The position numbers were made by a program, and so were the translations under genes. Positions 38,026 through 40,475 of a DNA stretch of 40,475 nucleotides are shown piece after piece (position 1 is the first letter of the stretch; each line of letters begins with the position of its first letter). The stretch is from Candidatus Fermentibacteraceae bacterium (GTDB lineage: Bacteria > Fermentibacterota > Fermentibacteria > Fermentibacterales > JCC-6): positions 1 through 40,475 of the forward strand of contig JBGSZS010000003.1 in assembly GCA_041750285.1 (NCBI GenBank), read 5' to 3'. The notes beneath the pieces were generated by a model that was given only the letters and a program-made list of their open reading frames with translations, did not search any database and was not told the origin of the DNA.

Positions 38026-39270
38026 TCAGGCATTGGATTTCGAGGGGGTAGCACACAAGGACCCGACCTGTAAATCGTCAGATTCAGATGAAGCGTTTGT
38101 AAAAGCCGTGGAAAACAGCCAGACCAGTGGTATCAGAAACTTTGACCAGACCGGAACAGGGTCATGTGGCATCCCCCAGACTACCGCGCTTACAATGAAG
38201 AGAACTGCCGTAAAGGGGCGTCCCTTCACTACAAGCTGCCGGAAGGGTATGAGGAGAAACATCCCGTAGTGGATCCAGACGAAGGGAACAAAGATCAGCA
38301 GAAAAAGGATGGCTTGAGAAAGGATGTTCTCCCTGGAACACACAGAGCTGCTTTTCCTTCTTTTTAGCGACCTGTAGAAAACCATGGAAAGAGAAACGAG
38401 GGCAAAACCCAGATGGATGGCTTTGGAGATGTCCGCCTGCCTTTCTGCAAGTTCAAACCTGTACCCGTCATCCTTTCCCGCCCTCGCAACGTCACCTTGG
38501 AGCAGTACTGCTTCCGATAGAAGACTGACCGCATGGGTGACACTCAAATTGTTGCCATGAATGAATCCCCAGGATTCGTTGATCTGCCCGAGAGAGAGCA
38601 GCCAATAATGAAAAGAGTGAGATCCTGCGAGCAGTACTGACGAGAGTGAGAGGCAAAAAAGGAGAACGACCGCAGAAAGCAGTGCTCTCCTGCCCTTCAG
38701 AAAGAGCGCCAGTGGCATGAAGCCCACTTTTGAAAGAAGCAGAAACGTTGCGGCGAGGCCGGCAACTGCGCCCTTGAACCCCCTGTAAACCATCAGGGCC
38801 ATGGCCAGCAGCATGAACGAGGTGACCTGACCGCAGACAACGTTGTCGTGAAGAGGCTCTGATACCATAAGAAGAAGAAAACTGCCGGCAACGAAGAGGG
38901 TTTTAAGCCGACCAGTGCCCCCGGAAAGCAGAAACAACGAAAGCCAAGCCGCAAGAACGCTTGCTGCAATCCAGGAAAGCCTGAAAAGCCGGTAGGGCAT
39001 AATCTCGAGGGGGGTCATGGCCAGAAGGAACGGCGGAGGGTACACAAAAGGGAAGGGTGTTACGAGAACGCCCCTCTGCTCAAGGCTCTGCCCTGCCTGC
39101 CGCACATCGTAGGGATTGCCGCCATCACGGGCCGCATGGTACCCGCCAAGGTAACTCACAAGGTCCATGGGATGGTACGGAATGCTTCCGTGGGCACGGT
39201 ATGTCGTTAGAAAGGCACCCAGCAGCAAAATCCCGACAAAGGTGATGCTATAACAAATGTGTTTCTTCAT
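38026..39270 (-). CDS. GT87/DUF2029-like polytopic membrane glycosyltransferase
   Basis: DL.SY..G, GGNPY, PFVYPP, GQ, K, N.S, PFVWIHY motifs; many TM helices. Confidence 0.78.
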   Translation of the reverse strand: MKKHICYSITFVGILLLGAFLTTYRAHGSIPYHPMDLVSYLGGYHAARDGGNPYDVRQAGQSLEQRGVLVTPFPFVYPPPFLLAMTPLEIMPYRLFRLSWIAASVLAAWLSLFLLSGGTGRLKTLFVAGSFLLLMVSEPLHDNVVCGQVTSFMLLAMALMVYRGFKGAVAGLAATFLLLSKVGFMPLALFLKGRRALLSAVVLLFCLSLSSVLLAGSHSFHYWLLSLGQINESWGFIHGNNLSVTHAVSLLSEAVLLQGDVARAGKDDGYRFELAERQADISKAIHLGFALVSLSMVFYRSLKRRKSSSVCSRENILSQAILFLLIFVPFVWIHYGMFLLIPFRQLVVKGRPFTAVLFIVSAVVWGMPHDPVPVWSKFLIPLVWLFSTAFTNASSESDDLQVGSLCATPSKSNA

Positions 39271-39358
39271 GGCTCGTGTTGTTAACCACTTCTCATACAA
39301 ATAGATAACTATCTGCTCAATCCAAAGCTTTGATTGTCTGCTCAACACACTGGAATAT

Positions 39359-40290
39359 GGTCAAGCCCGAAGCATTGCGCTTGAAGTGGCCCCACTGATG
39401 TAGACAGCTCGTGGGTGTATCCGTATTTTCTGTGAAATCGAGTTGAGGAGTTCTGGAATAACTCATTGAGCCAAGAGCTCGCTGAGTTCAGAGAGAGGCC
39501 ACTGGAAGGGGAATACCCATTTGTGATCGTGGATGCACAGGTACACAAGCTTCGCCGAAACAAATTCATCGTAACTGAGGCGGCGCTTGCGGCCGTGGGA
39601 GTCTCTTCCAGCGGCTACCGTGAGGTGCTCGGGTTAACAATGGGCAACACAGCGAGAACGAACACTCCTGGCGGGACTTCTTCCTGTCGTTGAAGAAGCG
39701 TGGTCTAAAGGGTGTCAGGATGATTGTCAGCGACGATCATGCGGGCCTCGTGACCGCTGCCGGGATGTGCTTCCAGGGCAGTACCTGGCAGCGTTGTCAG
39801 TACCACTTCGGCAAGAACGTAAGGAGCCATCTTCCCATGCGTCTTCATGGGGAGATCAGCGGGCGCCTGAAGTCGATCTGGGAAGCCTCCGATCGAGCCA
39901 CAAGCGAGGTTCCGATCTCCAAGCTGCTTGATGATTACCACGGCCACAAGGGTTTTGTTGAATGGTTCGAAGAGAACGTTGAGGATTGCCTCGCCGTCTT
40001 CGATCAACCGCCAACACATCGGAGAAGGCTTCGCACCACGAACAGTATCGAACGGATGAATGAGGAGATCCGCCGGAGAACCGAACCCATCCGGATCTTC
40101 CCCAGCCGAGAGGCCGTCTTGAGAATGCTGACAGCCCTGTGGGAAGACATCCATGAGAGTTGGATCACCGGAAGAGTCTATCTGAACATGGAAACCCTGA
40201 AAGAATGGGAGGAGAGAAAGGAGAATGCATATCAGACCAGGGACGAGGAGATGGTCCTATGACAATTCACAGAAAAGTCGGGGCTTGACC
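39359..40290 (+). mobile_element. IS256-family element, internally deleted
   Basis: Terminal IR GGTCAAGCCC (39359) / GGGCTTGACC (40290) enclosing a 5'-truncated transposase. Confidence 0.82.
39466..40262 (+). pseudogene. IS256 (mutator-family) transposase remnant
   Basis: ERPL..YPFVIVDA, GYREVLG, SDDH.GL, WQRCQYHF, RTTNSIERMNEEIRRR; N-terminus missing; AC duplication at 39649-39650 shifts frame. Confidence 0.88.
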
Positions 40291-40475
40291 ATTGGAGTTG
40301 TTTGTCTCATCGTTTCACTGCATCTCGAAACAAGATCAAGCCTGTCCAAGATAGATTTTTGAGGAGAGAAAAGGAAGAGCCCTTTTTTGCCTGAGTGGTT
40401 AGAATTTCAGCGCCAACCAAAAACCCAAACACTCAAAACAAAAAAGGGCAAGGTTAATATGGCACGCGCTGCAAG

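Noticed and set aside
29450..38026. Classical integron
   Set aside because: No IntI and no attC (RYYYAAC...GTTRRRY) structures recognised between the genes
40459..40475. Start of a downstream CDS
   Set aside because: Only five codons in the window; cannot be supported

Overview
Bacterial chromosomal window. FCB-superphylum-like: T9SS-type C-terminal domains and a C-terminal SWGGIKALF protein suggest Candidatus Fermentibacterota or a relative (inference). 1-21 kb is a dispersed surface-glycan region (SLBB export protein, NDP-sugar epimerase, GT2/GT4 enzymes, B12-radical SAM, priming glycosyltransferase, DegT aminotransferase) interleaved with dgkA, serS, a PHP phosphatase, elbB, a SagB-type nitroreductase and a MalY/PatB lyase. 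21-29.5 kb encodes secreted or redox proteins (CotH-LTD, M1 aminopeptidase, FprA, SGNH hydrolase). From about 29.5 kb the window looks accessory: a Phd/PIN toxin-antitoxin pair, a beta-propeller lipoprotein, a broken IS3, a 14-repeat propeller protein, another secreted protein, a GT87-like gene and a deleted IS256. The most unusual structure is a repeated module between the cargo genes: a small HTH ORF ending in a conserved ~21-bp DNA motif (two clear copies 1680 bp apart, one or two degenerate copies). This resembles a cassette-like or tandem-accretion array of recombination junctions. No recombinase, tRNA, rRNA or CRISPR array was seen.
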